Assembly: GCA_934130595.1 (NCBI GenBank)
Contig: CAKOYF010000008.1
Coordinates: forward strand, 2,229 to 66,228
Reading direction: 5' to 3'
Source of the DNA: an uncultured Clostridia bacterium
Lineage (GTDB): Bacteria; Bacillota; Clostridia; TANB77; CAG-465
DNA: 64,000 bases
Positions 46,503 through 57,274 of the stretch are shown here, piece by piece. A model generated the notes under the pieces. That model ran no database searches. It was given only the letters and a program-made list of their open reading frames with translations, and was not told the DNA's origin. Within the stretch, counting starts at the first letter, position 1. The number at the start of each line of letters is the position of its first letter. A program made the position numbers and the translations under genes.

Positions 46503-46847
46503 ATGATAAAATATATAATGGACTTAAAGAAGTTAGATAACAAGGAAAAAGAATTGGTAGATAGAGCTTTAAGAAAACTAGAAAATCAAATTAATGTTAT
46601 TGAAAGCACTGGAACACCATTCGAAAAGATTTTTAATAATGATAGTATAAAATATGACATACTTGGAAAAAGCTTTTATACATACAAATTTGTGGCTGAA
46701 AATTCATCACAAATACGTATATTATATAGATTTGTTAGAAAAGAAGATAATACATATGATTTAGAATGCCATAAAGTAGAAGTAAAAAGAAGAAGTGGAA
46801 AAGAATATATAAAAAAATTTGAACACTATGTAAAGCAATATGATTGA
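46503..46847 (+). CDS. RelE/ParE-superfamily-like protein (orphan toxin-like)
   Basis: 114 aa; AGGAGG RBS. FYTYKFVAENSSQIRILYRFVRKEDNTYDLECHKVEVKRRSGKEY tracks the E. coli RelE segment CYKIKLRSSGYRLVYQVIDEKVVVFVISVGKRERSEVY (recalled from memory). Confidence 0.4.
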   Translation: MIKYIMDLKKLDNKEKELVDRALRKLENQINVIESTGTPFEKIFNNDSIKYDILGKSFYTYKFVAENSSQIRILYRFVRKEDNTYDLECHKVEVKRRSGKEYIKKFEHYVKQYD

Positions 46848-46915
46848 AATATTATTTAGATTTGTGTTAAAATAGATAAAAAAATAATATAAATTGTAGT
46901 ATAAGGAAGTCGGAT

Positions 46916-47449
46916 ATGAAAAAAGTATATATTATATTAACTAACAGTGGCAGTCTTCTTTCAAAAGTAATAAAGTTTTATACTAAAAAAGAGTATACAC
47001 ATGTTTCTATATCACTAGATAGAGGATTAAGAAAAATGTATAGTTTTGGAAGACTAAAGGCATACAATCCTTTTATTGGTGGATTTGTTCATGAAAGCAC
47101 AAATCATGGTACTTTTAAAAGATTTAAAAATACAACAACATGTATTTTTTCTATTGATGTAGAAGAAGAGGAATATGAGACAATAAAGCAAACTATAAAA
47201 GAATTTAAAAGGCAAAGAAGAATATATAAATTTAATATAATAGGATTATTTGCTGTAGCAATACATCTAAAGCTTAGATTTAAGAATTCTTTTTATTGTG
47301 CTGAATTTGTAAAAGAGGTGTTGCAAAGGGCAAATGTAGCACCAGATCTACCTAAAATAATAAAACCAGAAGATTTTAGAAAAATGGAAAATATTAGTGT
47401 TATATATCAAGGAATGCTTAAAGATTATAGTATACGTGATAGTGCATAA
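46916..47449 (+). CDS. permuted papain-like (YiiX/YaeF, C92-like) NlpC/P60-superfamily protein
   Basis: 177 aa; His-before-Cys order: YTHVSI near the N-terminus and FYCAEFV about 110 aa later. Confidence 0.5.
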   Translation: MKKVYIILTNSGSLLSKVIKFYTKKEYTHVSISLDRGLRKMYSFGRLKAYNPFIGGFVHESTNHGTFKRFKNTTTCIFSIDVEEEEYETIKQTIKEFKRQRRIYKFNIIGLFAVAIHLKLRFKNSFYCAEFVKEVLQRANVAPDLPKIIKPEDFRKMENISVIYQGMLKDYSIRDSA

Positions 47450-47458
47450 TCATCAAAG

Positions 47459-47490
47459 AAAGAGAGAATTAAAAAATTCTCTCTTTTTTG
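47459..47490 (+). terminator. intrinsic terminator
   Basis: AGAGAGAATT / AATTCTCTCT stem, then TTTTT. Confidence 0.8.
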
Positions 47491-47544
47491 CTTTACTTTT
47501 TAAGTAAAATGAAATAAAATTTTAAATAAAAGGAGAGGTTTAAC

Positions 47545-49320
47545 ATGGATGATTTTGAAAATAAATATGGAAATTTTAGTTTTGACTCTAGAGGTATTCA
47601 TCGTTCAGCAGATGATGCAAGAGGAAAAATAGATGAATTAATGAATGATGAAGAACTTAAAGAAGCTCTTCGTAAGATGAAATCTAAACCAGAAGAAAAG
47701 AGTTATGTAACACCTGGCGCAACAGCTAAAGAAGTTGCAAGCTCATCAGGTAAAGGATTGGACATAAAATGCTTCATAGATCCAGATGCTGGAGAGAAAT
47801 ATCCAGAGGAACTAAGAAGATTAGATTTAGAATGTATATATATAGGATTACTTTTAAACAATCCGCCTGCAATAAGTATGTATTACTTTGTTTCAAGTCT
47901 TTGTTTATTTGCAGATCCTAGAATGATAAATATATATAAAGGCGTATTATTTACAGAAGGTGAAGCATATGCTCCAGCAATTGCAAAAGAAAACTTTAAC
48001 TTTGCAACAGAATCAGGAGATGTATATACACTAAAAAACGAGTTAAAAAAAGCTACAGCAAATGAAAATTATGATTTTGAAAAAGTTTATACAGAACTAA
48101 AGAAAATATTTATATTAAGAAAGGCATACAATGGTATTCCAATAAAAGAAATAAAGGATAAAGTTGCAGCAATTACCAAATATGAATTATATGATCAAAT
48201 GACAGCAGATGAAGTAGAAGCAGCTATTGAACAAATTACGGCTACAGCTAAGTTTAAAAGTGCTGTTTTAAATGATGGACTAACTAGTTTTATTACTAAA
48301 GGAAACAATTCGCTAACAAATGGATTAGATATCCCATTTAGAATACTTTCTTCTGTTTTTAAAGGCGTAAGACTTGGAGAAACAATGGCTTTTGCAATGC
48401 CTTCTAACTCAGGAAAATCTAGATTTACTACTGTACTTGCAGCATATATAGCTTTTATTCATAAGAAAAAAGTATTAATAATTTCTAATGAGATGTCAGA
48501 AGAAAAAATTAAACTATGTTTAGCAACAACAATACTAAATAATGCTCAAATACAAAATTTACATGGTCAAAAGGTTAGAAAAACAGAAAATGAAATACTA
48601 GAATTTAAATACAGACCAGATGATCCAAATGCAGTAAAGGTAGATGAAGATGGATTTATTCTAAAAGAAGAGGGAGAGACTCATGAGGCTTTTGTAGAAA
48701 GATTAAGAAAAGTATCTAGTGAGTTTAATATGGTAACAAAAGCTACTGATTGGTTAGATAATGAATTAAATAATTCAATTTACTTTATTAATATTACAGA
48801 CCACACAAATGACGAGCTAAAGAAAGTTATAACAAATTATTACTATAGATATAAAATTCAATATATGTTCTATGATACTTTAAAAACTGATACAGCAAAC
48901 ATTGGTAATGGTGAAGAAATAAAGAAAACAGCAACTATATTATCTAATTTAGCTCAAAACTTAGGAATATTTATATGTTCTTCTTTACAACTTACAGAAA
49001 CTGCAACACTTCCAATTAACTTAACAGTTAATGATTTAGCAGTAAGTAGAACTGTAAAAGAAGTTTTAGATACATTAATGTTAATAAAACAAATACATAA
49101 TGAAAATTTAGAAGATTATGAATATTCAGATGAAGAAGTAGATACTAAATATTATGACTTAGAAAGATTTAAAGATCCAAATGTTAGATACTATGCATGT
49201 GTAGTAGATAAAAACAGAGCGGGTTCAAAACCTAAAGTAGTGTTTAGATTAAATCTTGCATATAATGAATGGTTTGAACTCGGATATTTAAGACTAAAAA
49301 CAGGCAAAGAAGGAAAATAA
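47545..49320 (+). CDS. divergent DnaB-family helicase-like protein
   Basis: 591 aa. It has a DnaB N-domain-like segment ([15 protein letters not shown]....[12 protein letters not shown]), a P-loop [35 protein letters not shown], and a terminal DKNRAGSKP (compare KQRNGPTG). The QL.R arginine is replaced (QLTE). Confidence 0.6.
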   Translation: MDDFENKYGNFSFDSRGIHRSADDARGKIDELMNDEELKEALRKMKSKPEEKSYVTPGATAKEVASSSGKGLDIKCFIDPDAGEKYPEELRRLDLECIYIGLLLNNPPAISMYYFVSSLCLFADPRMINIYKGVLFTEGEAYAPAIAKENFNFATESGDVYTLKNELKKATANENYDFEKVYTELKKIFILRKAYNGIPIKEIKDKVAAITKYELYDQMTADEVEAAIEQITATAKFKSAVLNDGLTSFITKGNNSLTNGLDIPFRILSSVFKGVRLGETMAFAMPSNSGKSRFTTVLAAYIAFIHKKKVLIISNEMSEEKIKLCLATTILNNAQIQNLHGQKVRKTENEILEFKYRPDDPNAVKVDEDGFILKEEGETHEAFVERLRKVSSEFNMVTKATDWLDNELNNSIYFINITDHTNDELKKVITNYYYRYKIQYMFYDTLKTDTANIGNGEEIKKTATILSNLAQNLGIFICSSLQLTETATLPINLTVNDLAVSRTVKEVLDTLMLIKQIHNENLEDYEYSDEEVDTKYYDLERFKDPNVRYYACVVDKNRAGSKPKVVFRLNLAYNEWFELGYLRLKTGKEGK

Positions 49321-49343
49321 AAACATATTATTTGGAGGAATAT

Positions 49344-51728
49344 ATGAATAAAAGAAATACAGAAATAACAGATAATGAAGTTGAATTAATAGATAAATAT
49401 GTTAGAGCAGCTAATTATTTATCTGCTTGCCAATTGTATCTATTAGACAATCCGTTATTAAAAAGACCATTAAAAATAGAAGATGTAAAAAGAAAAATTG
49501 TTGGACATTGGGGAACTGTACCAGGACAAAATTTTATCTATGCACATCTAAATAGAATGATAACCAAATATGATTTAAATATGATTTATGTATCAGGTCC
49601 AGGACATGGAGGAAACGCAATAGTTTCAAATGTATATATGGAAGGTACATATAGTGAAGTATATAAAGATATAACAGAAGATGAGGAAGGACTAAAGAAG
49701 CTTTTTAAACAATTTAGTTTTCCTGGTGGAATATCATCTCACGTTGCTCCAGAAACACCTGGATCAATAAATGAGGGAGGAGAGTTAGGATATAGCTTAG
49801 CACATTCTTTTGGAGCTGTACTAGACAATCCAGATTTAATAGTTGCATGTGTAGTTGGAGATGGAGAAGCAGAGACAGGTCCACTTGCAACATCATGGCA
49901 ATCTAATAAGTTTATAAATCCTAAAACTGATGGAATAGTATTACCAATACTACATTTAAATGGATATAAGATAGCAAATCCTACTGTTTTATCTAGAATT
50001 TCTGAAAAAGAATTACAAAGCTTTTTTATAGGCTGTGGATGGAAGCCATATTTTGTTGAAGGCAGTGATATGAAATTAATGCACAAAGAAATGGCAAATG
50101 TTCTAGAAAATGTAGTAGCAGATATACAAGAAATAAAAGAAAAGGCTAAAAATGATGAGCTTTCTCAAAGACCATTTTATCCAATGATTATATTAAGGAC
50201 TCCTAAGGGATGGACTGGTCCAAAGTATGTTGATGGAAAGATGATAGAGAATTCTTTTAGAGCGCATCAAGTTCCAGTTCCTATTTCAAGAGAGGAACCA
50301 CAAAATTTAAAAATACTAGAAGAATGGTTAAGAAGCTATCATCCAGAAGAGCTTTTTGATGAAAATGGTAAGCTATTACCTCAAATAAAAGCACTTGCAC
50401 CTAAAGGAAATCGTAGAATGGGTGCAAATCCAGTAGCAAATGGTGGATTACTTTTAAAAGATATAAAAGTTCCAGAGCTTAGAAACTATGGTGTAGAAGT
50501 AGAAGTGCCAGGAAAAATAGTAGCTCAAGATATGATGGAATTAGGAAATTATGTAAGAGATGTAGTAGCATGTAATAAAGAAAATAGAAACTTTAGAATA
50601 TTTGGACCAGATGAAGCATTATCTAATAGATTAAATTATGTGTTTGAAGATACTAATAGACAATGGAATGCAACAAAGTATGATACAGATGAATTTTTAA
50701 GTAATGATGGAAGAGTAATAGATTCAATGCTTTCAGAACATTTATGTGAAGGATGGTTAGAAGGTTATTTATTAACAGGAAGATATGGATTTTTCCATAG
50801 TTATGAAGCTTTTGTAAGAATAGTAGATTCAATGGCATCTCAACATGCAAAATGGCTAAAAGTAACAAGACAACTTCCATGGAGAAAGGAAATAGCATCA
50901 TTAAACTATATTTTAAGTTCACATATTTGGCAACAAGATCACAATGGGTATACACATCAAGATCCTGGATTTTTAAATCATATAGTTACTAAAAAACCAG
51001 ATATTGTTAGAATGTATTTACCACCAGATGCAAATTGCTTAATAACTTGTTTTGATCATTGTATAAAAACAAAAAATGAGATAAATGTTATTGTTGCATC
51101 TAAACATCCAAGACCACAATGGTTAAGCATGAACGATGCAATAGAACATTGTAAAAAAGGTATTGGAATTTGGAATTTTGCAAGTACTTTTCCAGAGTCT
51201 GAGCCAGATATAGTAATGGCATGTTGTGGAGATACTCCAACTCTTGAAACAATAGCTGCGGTATCAATACTAAAGAAAAATTTTAAAGATTTAAAAATTA
51301 GAGTGGTAAATGTTGTAGATTTAATGAAATTACAACCAGACTCAGAGCATCCACACGGATTATCTAATGAAGAGTATAATAAATTATTTACAAAAGAAAA
51401 ACCAATAATTTTCGCATTTCATGGATATCCAAATCTAGTAGAACAATTAATGTATAAAAGAGAAAATAGAAATGTATCAGTTCATGGATATTTAGAAGAA
51501 GGAACAATTACTACTCCTTTTGATATGCGTGTTCAAAATAAACTTGATAGATTTAATCTTGTAATAGATGCATTAAATTATTTACCAGATTATGACGGAA
51601 AAAATGAAGAGCTAAAGAAATGGTGTGAAAATAAATTAATTGAGCATGGAAAACATATAAGAGAATACGGAATAGACATGGATGAAGTAAATAATTGGAC
51701 ATATGAAGAATCTTTTAAAGAGCTATAG
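49344..51728 (+). CDS. xfp: xylulose-5-phosphate/fructose-6-phosphate phosphoketolase
   Basis: About 794 aa; [15 protein letters not shown] and GDGEAETGP motifs. ATG 49344 after GGAGGA is preferred over TTG 49332. Confidence 0.93.
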   Translation: MNKRNTEITDNEVELIDKYVRAANYLSACQLYLLDNPLLKRPLKIEDVKRKIVGHWGTVPGQNFIYAHLNRMITKYDLNMIYVSGPGHGGNAIVSNVYMEGTYSEVYKDITEDEEGLKKLFKQFSFPGGISSHVAPETPGSINEGGELGYSLAHSFGAVLDNPDLIVACVVGDGEAETGPLATSWQSNKFINPKTDGIVLPILHLNGYKIANPTVLSRISEKELQSFFIGCGWKPYFVEGSDMKLMHKEMANVLENVVADIQEIKEKAKNDELSQRPFYPMIILRTPKGWTGPKYVDGKMIENSFRAHQVPVPISREEPQNLKILEEWLRSYHPEELFDENGKLLPQIKALAPKGNRRMGANPVANGGLLLKDIKVPELRNYGVEVEVPGKIVAQDMMELGNYVRDVVACNKENRNFRIFGPDEALSNRLNYVFEDTNRQWNATKYDTDEFLSNDGRVIDSMLSEHLCEGWLEGYLLTGRYGFFHSYEAFVRIVDSMASQHAKWLKVTRQLPWRKEIASLNYILSSHIWQQDHNGYTHQDPGFLNHIVTKKPDIVRMYLPPDANCLITCFDHCIKTKNEINVIVASKHPRPQWLSMNDAIEHCKKGIGIWNFASTFPESEPDIVMACCGDTPTLETIAAVSILKKNFKDLKIRVVNVVDLMKLQPDSEHPHGLSNEEYNKLFTKEKPIIFAFHGYPNLVEQLMYKRENRNVSVHGYLEEGTITTPFDMRVQNKLDRFNLVIDALNYLPDYDGKNEELKKWCENKLIEHGKHIREYGIDMDEVNNWTYEESFKEL

Positions 51729-51747
51729 TTATATACTATAGCTCTTT
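51717..51747 (+). terminator. hairpin overlapping the xfp stop (weak U-run)
   Basis: AAAGAGCTATAGT / ACTATAGCTCTTT 13-bp perfect stem with a 5-nt loop. The downstream T-run is interrupted. Confidence 0.5.
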
Positions 51748-51797
51748 CATATATTTTATATGAAAGATGAAAAATTTGTGAAAATATTGTAAGGCTG

Positions 51798-51826
51798 TTG
51801 ACAAAATGTAAACTGAGTACTAGAAT
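51798..51826 (+). promoter_or_regulatory. sigma-A-type promoter of the marR-ABC operon
   Basis: TTGACA, 17-nt spacer, TAGAAT. Confidence 0.65.
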
Positions 51827-51864
51827 ATTTATGTAAGGCAGCATACAAAATCAGGAGGTGAACG

Positions 51865-52347
51865 ATGGAAAAAAGAGTACTATATCAAATAAAGACATTA
51901 GATAAGCTAATATTTAGAGCATTAATGGGAGATGTTGGATTTGATGAAAAGAGAATAGAGGAGATAAAGAAAAATAAGGTTATTACTCCAACTCAAATGT
52001 ATATTATTTCATATATATTAAAATCACCAGAAGGAGAAGTTGAGCAAAAAGATTTAGAAAAAGTGCTAAACTTACGAAGAGCCACAGTTTCAGGTGTACT
52101 ACATACTATGGAAAAAAACGACTTAATAGTTAGGATAACTAATGAACTTGATACTAGAAAAAAGAAAATTAGATTAAATCCTAAAGCAGAAGAAATTTTT
52201 TGTGAAAACAGAAAAAATTTCGAAAAATTAGAAAAAATAGTAAGAAAAGATATTGAAGAAGAAGATTTAGAAGTTTTTTTTAGAGTAGTAGAAAAAATGA
52301 AACAAAATATAAAGAGTAATGAAAATATTTTAAAAAAGGAAGGATAA
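51865..52347 (+). CDS. MarR family transcriptional regulator
   Basis: 160 aa; winged-HTH segment LRRATVSGVLHTMEKNDLIVR...D.R.K. Confidence 0.85.
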   Translation: MEKRVLYQIKTLDKLIFRALMGDVGFDEKRIEEIKKNKVITPTQMYIISYILKSPEGEVEQKDLEKVLNLRRATVSGVLHTMEKNDLIVRITNELDTRKKKIRLNPKAEEIFCENRKNFEKLEKIVRKDIEEEDLEVFFRVVEKMKQNIKSNENILKKEG

Positions 52348-52354
52348 GCAATAT

Positions 52355-54118
52355 ATGTTAAAATTATTAAAAAACTTAAAGAAAAGAGATTGGATTTTGG
52401 CATTTTTCTGTATATTTTTTATAATAGGGCAAGTATGGCTTGAGTTAAAAATGCCAGATTATATGTCTGCAATAACAAGATTAGTTCAGACAGAAGGTAG
52501 TCAGATGAGTGATATTATAACTAATGGTGCATATATGCTAGGATGTGCATTAGGAAGTTTAATACTTGCTGTATTTGCAGGATACCTTGCATCTACAGTA
52601 TCATCAGATTTTTCAATGATTACTAGAAAAAAGATTTTTGATAAAGTAGAAAATTTAAGTTTACAAGAAGTAAAACAATTTTCAACTAGTAGTTTAATTA
52701 CAAGAACAACAAACGATATTACACAGATACAAATGGTAGTATCAATGGGATTACAACTTATGATAAAAGCTCCTGTAACTGCTGTATGGGCAGTATTAAA
52801 AATATTAAATAAAGGATGGCAATGGAGTTTAGCAACAGGTATTGCAGTTGTAATACTACTTACTGTTATTTCTATACTTACAGCAGTAGTTATTCCAAAA
52901 TTTAAAGTTGTTCAAAAATTAATTGATAGAATAAATGGTGTAACACGTGAAAACTTAAATGGAATTAGAGTTGTAAGAGCTTTTAATGCAGAAGAATATC
53001 AAGAAGAAAAGTTTGAAAATGTAAATACAAAGCTTACTAATCAACAAATATTTAACCAAAAAGCTTTTGCCTTTTTACAACCAGTAATGAATATGGTTAT
53101 GCATACATTAACACTTGCAATATACTTTATTGGTGCGTATTTGATACAAGCAGCTTTAATGTCACAAAAACTTACTTTGTTTAGTGATATGGTAGTATTT
53201 AGTTCATATTCAATGCAAGTAATAATGTCATTCTTAATGCTTGCAATGATATTTATGATGTTACCAAGAGCAGAAGTATCAGCAGAGCGTATTAATGAAG
53301 TTTTAGATACAGATATAAATATAAAAGATGGAAAAGTATCTAAAGGAAAAGCTGATCAAGAAGGCACAGTAGAATTTAAAAATGTATCTTTTAAATATTC
53401 AGACGCAGATGAGTACTTACTAAAAAATATTAGCTTTAAAGCAAATAAGGGAGAAACAATAGCATTTATTGGTTCTACAGGAAGTGGAAAATCTACTTTA
53501 ATAAACCTAGTGCCTAGATTTTATGATGCAACTGATGGAGAAGTATTAGTAGATGGTGTAAACGTAAAAGAGTATAAGCTAGAAGAACTATATAATAAAA
53601 TAGGATATGTACCACAAAAAGCTGTTATGTTCAATGGAACAGTTTCAAGCAACGTTTCATATGGAGATAATGGAAAAGGCAATAAATCAAGTAAGAATAT
53701 TAAAGAGGCAATTAGAGTAGCACAAGCTACTGAATTTGTTGAAAAAATGGAGAACACTTATGATGCACATATTGCTCAAGGTGGAACAAATGTATCTGGT
53801 GGACAAAAACAAAGACTTGCAATAGCAAGAGCAATAGCAAGAGATCCAGAAATATACATTTTTGACGATAGTTTCTCAGCACTAGATTATAAAACAGACG
53901 CAGTACTAAGAAAAGAGTTAAAAAAATATACTAAAGATGCAACATGTTTAATTGTAGCACAAAGAATAGGTACAATTATGAATGCAGATAAAATAATAGT
54001 TTTAGATGAAGGTGTAGTAGCAGGAATAGGAACTCATAAAGAATTACTTAGAAACTGTGAAGTATACCAACAAATAGCTTTATCTCAATTAACAAAGGAG
54101 GAATTAGAAAATGGCTAA
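52355..54118 (+). CDS. ABC exporter, fused permease/ATPase subunit 1
   Basis: 587 aa; six TM region; Walker A GSTGSGKST; signature VSGGQKQR; Walker B IYIFDD. Confidence 0.9.
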   Translation: MLKLLKNLKKRDWILAFFCIFFIIGQVWLELKMPDYMSAITRLVQTEGSQMSDIITNGAYMLGCALGSLILAVFAGYLASTVSSDFSMITRKKIFDKVENLSLQEVKQFSTSSLITRTTNDITQIQMVVSMGLQLMIKAPVTAVWAVLKILNKGWQWSLATGIAVVILLTVISILTAVVIPKFKVVQKLIDRINGVTRENLNGIRVVRAFNAEEYQEEKFENVNTKLTNQQIFNQKAFAFLQPVMNMVMHTLTLAIYFIGAYLIQAALMSQKLTLFSDMVVFSSYSMQVIMSFLMLAMIFMMLPRAEVSAERINEVLDTDINIKDGKVSKGKADQEGTVEFKNVSFKYSDADEYLLKNISFKANKGETIAFIGSTGSGKSTLINLVPRFYDATDGEVLVDGVNVKEYKLEELYNKIGYVPQKAVMFNGTVSSNVSYGDNGKGNKSSKNIKEAIRVAQATEFVEKMENTYDAHIAQGGTNVSGGQKQRLAIARAIARDPEIYIFDDSFSALDYKTDAVLRKELKKYTKDATCLIVAQRIGTIMNADKIIVLDEGVVAGIGTHKELLRNCEVYQQIALSQLTKEELENG

Positions 54119-56492
54119 TCAAGAAAGAAACAGTACTAGACCTCAAAGACATGGACCAATGAGAGGACCAGGTGGCGGAATGGGTGCTCCAGGAGAAAAA
54201 GCTAAAGATTTTAATGGTGCTGTTAAAAGATTATTTAAAGAATTAAATAAATTTAAAGTATTAATGGCTGTTTCTTTAATTCTTGCAGCTGTAAGTGCAG
54301 TTATAACAATTCTTGCACCAGATAAGCTAACTAGTTTAACAGATAGTATATCTGAAGGACTTGTTGTTAATAAAGATGGTCTACAAGAGATAATAAGTGT
54401 ATCATCAGAAGGCCTAAATCAAGAAAAACTTCAAAGCGTTATGCCACAAATACTTAATCTTAACATAGATACGCAAAAAGTTATGCAAATAATGAGAAAT
54501 GAAAGCATATCATTAGAAGATAAGCAAGCATTCCAAGAATTTATTAAAAGTATTTCACAAAGTAATGATAATATATTTAAAAAGATTGGAGAGTTGCCAG
54601 AAGATATATTAACTCAAATATTACCAGAATCTGAATACGAAAATATAACTGTAACAACACAAGATAAAATTGAACTTTTAAATGCTTTAAAAAGCGAAAA
54701 TGCAGATAATATTAAAGATATAACTTTACCAGATAGTATTATTCAAATACTATTTAGTGATACTACTATAGATAATGTAGAAGTATCTGCAAAAGATCAA
54801 TATGAATTCTTAAAAATAGCAAGTTCTTTAGGAGAAAATGTTACTGCTAGCCAGTTATATGAAAAAATAGATCAAATGCCAGCTAGTGTACAAGAAATAG
54901 TTAAACCTAATATGGATATTCAAAAAATAAGAAATATAGCTTTGGTATTACTATGCATGTATTTTGCAAGTGCTATGTTTGGATTTATCCAAGCTTTAGC
55001 AATGACAGATGTAGCAAACAAATTTGCTAAACAATTAAGAAGTAATATTTCTAAAAAAATAAATAAATTACCACTTAGTTATTTTGATCAACATGAAACA
55101 GGAGATATATTATCTAGAGTCACAAATGATGTAGATACAATAGCTCAGTCAATGAACCAATCACTTGCATCATTAGTTACTAGTACAGTACTATTTATAG
55201 GCTCTATAATTATGATGTTCTATACAAACTGGATATTAGCACTGACTGCAATAATATCAAGTTTAATTGGATTTGTAGGAATGATATTTATACTAAATAA
55301 ATCTCAAAAATACTTTACTGCAAGACAGGTAGAACTTGGAAACTTAAATGGACATATTGAAGAGATATATTCTGGTCTTAATGTTGTAAAAGTATATAAT
55401 GGTAAAAAACAAGCTGATGAAGAATTTGATAAATTAAATAAAAAAGTATGTGATAGTAACAGAAAAAGCCAATTCTTATCTGGTTTAATGCAACCACTTA
55501 TGGGATTTATTGGTAACTTTGGATACGTAGCTGTTTGTATAGCTGGTGCTTTACTTACTATGAATGGAAATATATCATTTGGTGTAATTATTGCATTTAT
55601 TGTATATGTAAGATTATTTACAAATCCACTTTCTCAAATTGCACAAGCTATGACTTCATTACAATCAACAGCAGCTGCAAGTGAAAGAGTTTTTGAATTC
55701 TTAGATGAAAAAGAAATGTCAGATCAAAAAGATGCAACTAAAAAACTAGATAAATCAAAGGTAAAAGGAAAAATAGAATTTGAAAATGTTGTATTCCAAT
55801 ATGACAATAACGATAAACCAACTATTAAGAATTTCACAGCAACAGCTTTACCTGGTCAAAAAGTAGCAATAGTTGGTCCAACTGGTGCTGGTAAAACAAC
55901 AATGGTAAACCTACTTATGAAATTCTATGAAATAAATTCAGGAGATATAAAAATTGATGGAGTATCAACTAAAGATCTTACAAGAGAAAATATCCATGAT
56001 TTATTTACAATGGTTTTACAAGATACATGGTTGTTTGAAGGAACAATAAAAGAAAACATTATATACAATAGAAAAAATATAACAGATAAACAAATTGTTG
56101 AAGTTTGTAAAGATGTTGGAATAAATCATTTCATTAAGACATTACCAAATGGATATGATTCAAAATTAAATGAAAATGATGGAATTTCATCAGGACAGAG
56201 ACAATTATTAACAATTGCTAGAGGAATGCTTGATGATGCACCTTTCTTAATACTAGATGAGGCAACATCAAACGTTGATACAAGAACTGAAGAATTAGTT
56301 CAAAAGGCAATGGATAAATTGACAGAAGGTAGAACTTCATTTATAATTGCTCACAGATTATCTACAATAAAGAATGCAGATTTAATTCTTGTTATGAAAG
56401 AAGGAAATATAATAGAGCAAGGAAACCATGAACAACTTATGGCTAAAAATGGAGCATATGCTGAGTTATACAATTCTCAATTTGAATTATAA
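54111..56492 (+). CDS. ABC exporter, fused permease/ATPase subunit 2, with a large TM1-TM2 insertion
   Basis: 793 aa; overlaps the upstream gene by 8 nt. Walker A GPTGAGKTT; signature ISSGQRQL; Walker B FLILDEATS. About 190 aa (residues about 82-272) lie between TM1 and TM2. Confidence 0.9.
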   Translation: MANQERNSTRPQRHGPMRGPGGGMGAPGEKAKDFNGAVKRLFKELNKFKVLMAVSLILAAVSAVITILAPDKLTSLTDSISEGLVVNKDGLQEIISVSSEGLNQEKLQSVMPQILNLNIDTQKVMQIMRNESISLEDKQAFQEFIKSISQSNDNIFKKIGELPEDILTQILPESEYENITVTTQDKIELLNALKSENADNIKDITLPDSIIQILFSDTTIDNVEVSAKDQYEFLKIASSLGENVTASQLYEKIDQMPASVQEIVKPNMDIQKIRNIALVLLCMYFASAMFGFIQALAMTDVANKFAKQLRSNISKKINKLPLSYFDQHETGDILSRVTNDVDTIAQSMNQSLASLVTSTVLFIGSIIMMFYTNWILALTAIISSLIGFVGMIFILNKSQKYFTARQVELGNLNGHIEEIYSGLNVVKVYNGKKQADEEFDKLNKKVCDSNRKSQFLSGLMQPLMGFIGNFGYVAVCIAGALLTMNGNISFGVIIAFIVYVRLFTNPLSQIAQAMTSLQSTAAASERVFEFLDEKEMSDQKDATKKLDKSKVKGKIEFENVVFQYDNNDKPTIKNFTATALPGQKVAIVGPTGAGKTTMVNLLMKFYEINSGDIKIDGVSTKDLTRENIHDLFTMVLQDTWLFEGTIKENIIYNRKNITDKQIVEVCKDVGINHFIKTLPNGYDSKLNENDGISSGQRQLLTIARGMLDDAPFLILDEATSNVDTRTEELVQKAMDKLTEGRTSFIIAHRLSTIKNADLILVMKEGNIIEQGNHEQLMAKNGAYAELYNSQFEL

Positions 56493-56502
56493 TATATTAT
56501 TA

Positions 56503-56541
56503 AAAAAGTAGCACTTATATTAGAAAGTGCTACTTTTTTTG
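56503..56541 (+). terminator. intrinsic terminator
   Basis: AGTAGCACT / AGTGCTACT stem, then TTTTTTT. Confidence 0.8.
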
Positions 56542-56561
56542 TGTAAGTTTTGTGAACTTCA

Positions 56562-56590
56562 TTGACTACTTATGTAAACTATGGTAAAAT
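56562..56590 (+). promoter_or_regulatory. sigma-A-type promoter of the atypical gene
   Basis: TTGACT, 17-nt spacer, TAAAAT. Confidence 0.55.
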
Positions 56591-56654
56591 GCAATCAGGC
56601 TTTGGTTGAATAGTATGATTTATAATTAGATTATATGTAAGGAGGAATATGCTA

Positions 56655-57254
56655 ATGAAGAAAGTCAGAATCGAACAAGGAAGCTTAATTGCCTATATTG
56701 AACACTCTGATGTTGAACTTTTAGTAGATACTAAGGAGGTAGTTCCAAAAACTTTTTGGGAGGAGGAATCCATGAAAAATGGAGGCTGTGATCAAGACGG
56801 ATATTATCGTATATCCAATTTGAGTAATGTAAATTACATCAAGTCATCACCGTTTATTCCAAATGTGGATTATCTTTCTAAGCTTAGCAGGCAGGAAGTC
56901 GCAAGAATGGCTCATGAAGCCGCGTCTAACAACAGGAAACTAGTTGAGATACTAGGTAAACTGTACTCTAGGATTTCACTAGAAGATAATGAGGTAAAAG
57001 CCTTAGAGGACAATGTGGCGTTAAGAGATGACGTTACAAGTGAGTTACAAAAGAAAGCTTTTGTGACAGACGATTTTTCTCAGGAGGCAAGATTTTTAGC
57101 TGTTGAAGAGGCAGTCATAAGACAGTCTAAGCACTATGAAGAAAGCTTGAGTGAGTATTTGAAAACACTTGCTCCAAAGAGTAAGGAGGATGAGCCTAAA
57201 AAACTCACTAAGAAAAGAAGATCTTTAAGGAGTCTGTTCAAATTAGACAAGTAA
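56655..57254 (+). CDS. hypothetical protein with atypical (GC-richer) composition
   Basis: About 199 aa; ATG 56655 lies 8 nt after GGAGGA (the track start 56649 is too close to the RBS). It uses AGG, CTG, GCC, GCG and GTG codons that are rare in neighbouring genes. It has its own promoter and terminator, and I recognise no motif. Confidence 0.7.
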   Translation: MKKVRIEQGSLIAYIEHSDVELLVDTKEVVPKTFWEEESMKNGGCDQDGYYRISNLSNVNYIKSSPFIPNVDYLSKLSRQEVARMAHEAASNNRKLVEILGKLYSRISLEDNEVKALEDNVALRDDVTSELQKKAFVTDDFSQEARFLAVEEAVIRQSKHYEESLSEYLKTLAPKSKEDEPKKLTKKRRSLRSLFKLDK

Positions 57255-57274
57255 GCAAAACTTGTAAACCCACA

